From NCBI GenBank assembly GCA_937864975.1, contig CALMDI010000609.1, forward strand, positions 1 to 25,834: DNA of 25,834 nucleotides. Direction: 5' to 3'. Within the stretch, counting starts at the first letter, position 1. The number at the start of each line of letters is the position of its first letter. Positions 25,060 through 25,834 of the stretch are shown here, in pieces. This DNA is from an uncultured Chloroflexota bacterium (GTDB lineage: Bacteria > Chloroflexota > Anaerolineae > Aggregatilineales > Phototrophicaceae). The translations under genes were made by a program, and so were the position numbers. The notes under the pieces are model-generated. The model saw only the letters and a list, made by a program, of their open reading frames with translations. It had not been told where the DNA came from and did no database searches.

Positions 25060-25090
25060 ATCCACGCGAATCGCGTCGACGAGCCGCAGC
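25060..25090. other. Compositional junction (probable chimeric join) between host-like DNA and a high-GC actinobacterial-like segment
   Basis: Hand-counted GC: 58% for 25021-25080 versus 77% for 25081-25140. 13 GGCC sites lie after 25140, versus 3 found by eye in 1-25070. Confidence 0.75.
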
Positions 25091-25383
25091 GACGCCTCCT
25101 TGCGGGCGTCCGTGCGCTCGGCGATGCGTGCCGTCAGGGCGACGTCTCTGGCCGCGAGGTCCGCCAGCTCGGTCTCCGCCGCCACCCGGGTGGCGGTGGC
25201 CGTGGCGAGCCTGGCGGCCGTGTCGTCGTAGGCCTGCTGGGCGGCGCGGGCAGCGGCGCCCTCGACGACGACGCCGCTGAGGTCGGCGCTGATCACCGCG
25301 GGCTCGGCCGCAGCGGCGGGCACGCCGATGCAGACGGCAACGGCCGTCAGCAGAGCGAGGGGGAGCAGGCGGGCGCGGACCAT
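25075..25383 (-). CDS. Secreted Ala-rich coiled-coil protein, N-terminal part only (cut at the junction)
   Basis: ATG 25383 follows GGAG. Signal peptide 'MVRARLLPLALLTAVAVCIGVPAAAA', then a helical 'AARAAQQAYDDTAARLATATATRVAAETELADL'. It runs in frame into the SBP ORF. Confidence 0.6.
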
Positions 25384-25440
25384 GGTGAGGGCTCCGCCCA
25401 CACCATCGGCACGAGAGCGCCCCCGGTGGAGCGCCGATCT

Positions 25441-25452
25441 TAGGATGCGCCG
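25441..25452 (+). promoter_or_regulatory. TAGGAT -10 box 6 nt before GTG, consistent with a leaderless transcript
   Basis: TANNNT at 25441-25446, GTG at 25453, no Shine-Dalgarno in between. This arrangement is common in Actinobacteria. Confidence 0.55.
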
Positions 25453-25834
25453 GTGTCCGACCGCGTGCTCATCTCCATCGAGGGGGGCGTGGCCGACGTC
25501 CGCCTGAACCGCCCCGACAAGCTGAACGCCCTCGATCCGGCGATGTTCGCCGCCGTCGCCGAGGCCGGCGAGTCGCTGAAGGGCAACCCGTCGGTGCGGG
25601 CCGTCGTGCTCTCCGGCGAGGGCCGGGCCTTCTGCTCGGGCCTCGACTTCAGCGCCTTCCAGCAGATGGGCGAGCGGAGCGCGCCGCGCGACGACGGACC
25701 GTCGATCATGAGCACCGACGGCCGCGAGACGCACCTCGGTCAGCAGGCGTGCTGGGTGTGGCGCGAGCTGCCGGTGCCGGTCATCGCCGCCGTCTCGGGC
25801 GCGTGCCTCGGCGGCGGGCTGCAGATCGCCCTCG
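25453..25834 (+). CDS. Crotonase/enoyl-CoA hydratase family protein, 3'-partial (missing from the ORF track)
   Basis: Translated by hand: VSDRVLISIEGGVADVRLNRPDKLNALD...VRAVVLSGEGRAFCSGLDF...ELPVPVIAAVSGACLGGGLQIAL. The LNRP..LNAL, AFCSGLD and GGG oxyanion motifs are present. Confidence 0.95.
   Translation, partial: MSDRVLISIEGGVADVRLNRPDKLNALDPAMFAAVAEAGESLKGNPSVRAVVLSGEGRAFCSGLDFSAFQQMGERSAPRDDGPSIMSTDGRETHLGQQACWVWRELPVPVIAAVSGACLGGGLQIAL

Noticed and set aside
23851-25734. 627-aa ORF in the track taken as one real protein
   Set aside because: Its first ~117 aa are the antisense of the crotonase gene, and the remainder joins two unrelated secreted proteins across the compositional junction.

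Overview
Bases 1 to about 25070 are gene-dense DNA of roughly 60% GC (58-60% in 60-nt lines counted by hand). The secreted proteins with 'LAQD' signal peptides and the CCCCTC-hairpin repeats suggest Chloroflexota/Anaerolineae, which is an inference. This part holds: (i) a + strand carbohydrate locus with an ABC binding protein, two permeases, a GHL6/GH151-like glycosidase, a LacI regulator flanked by two perfect operator palindromes, and an ADP-ribosylglycohydrolase-family gene; (ii) a convergent - strand Dpp/Opp-type ABC operon with no ATPase, ending in a GH2 glycosidase; (iii) GNAT, a DUF2269-like membrane protein, patatin, an MFS-HEAT-repeat fusion, msrA, an SGNH lipoprotein and an MBL hydrolase; (iv) a - strand ribose-type ABC operon coupled to an N-terminal-Cys (Ntn) hydrolase. 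At about 25075 the composition changes abruptly. GC rises to about 72-78%, GGCC goes from almost absent to frequent, and an actinobacterial-style leaderless promoter precedes a crotonase gene. The last ~760 bp therefore look foreign, most likely a chimeric contig, and the 627-aa ORF in the track is a fusion across that junction. I saw no CRISPR array, rRNA, tRNA, transposase or defence system. The best leads are the LacI/ADP-ribosylglycohydrolase sugar locus, a REP hairpin split by a 61-bp insert, the Ntn-hydrolase ABC operon, the MFS-HEAT fusion and the junction itself. None of these is shown to be a new system from the sequence alone.
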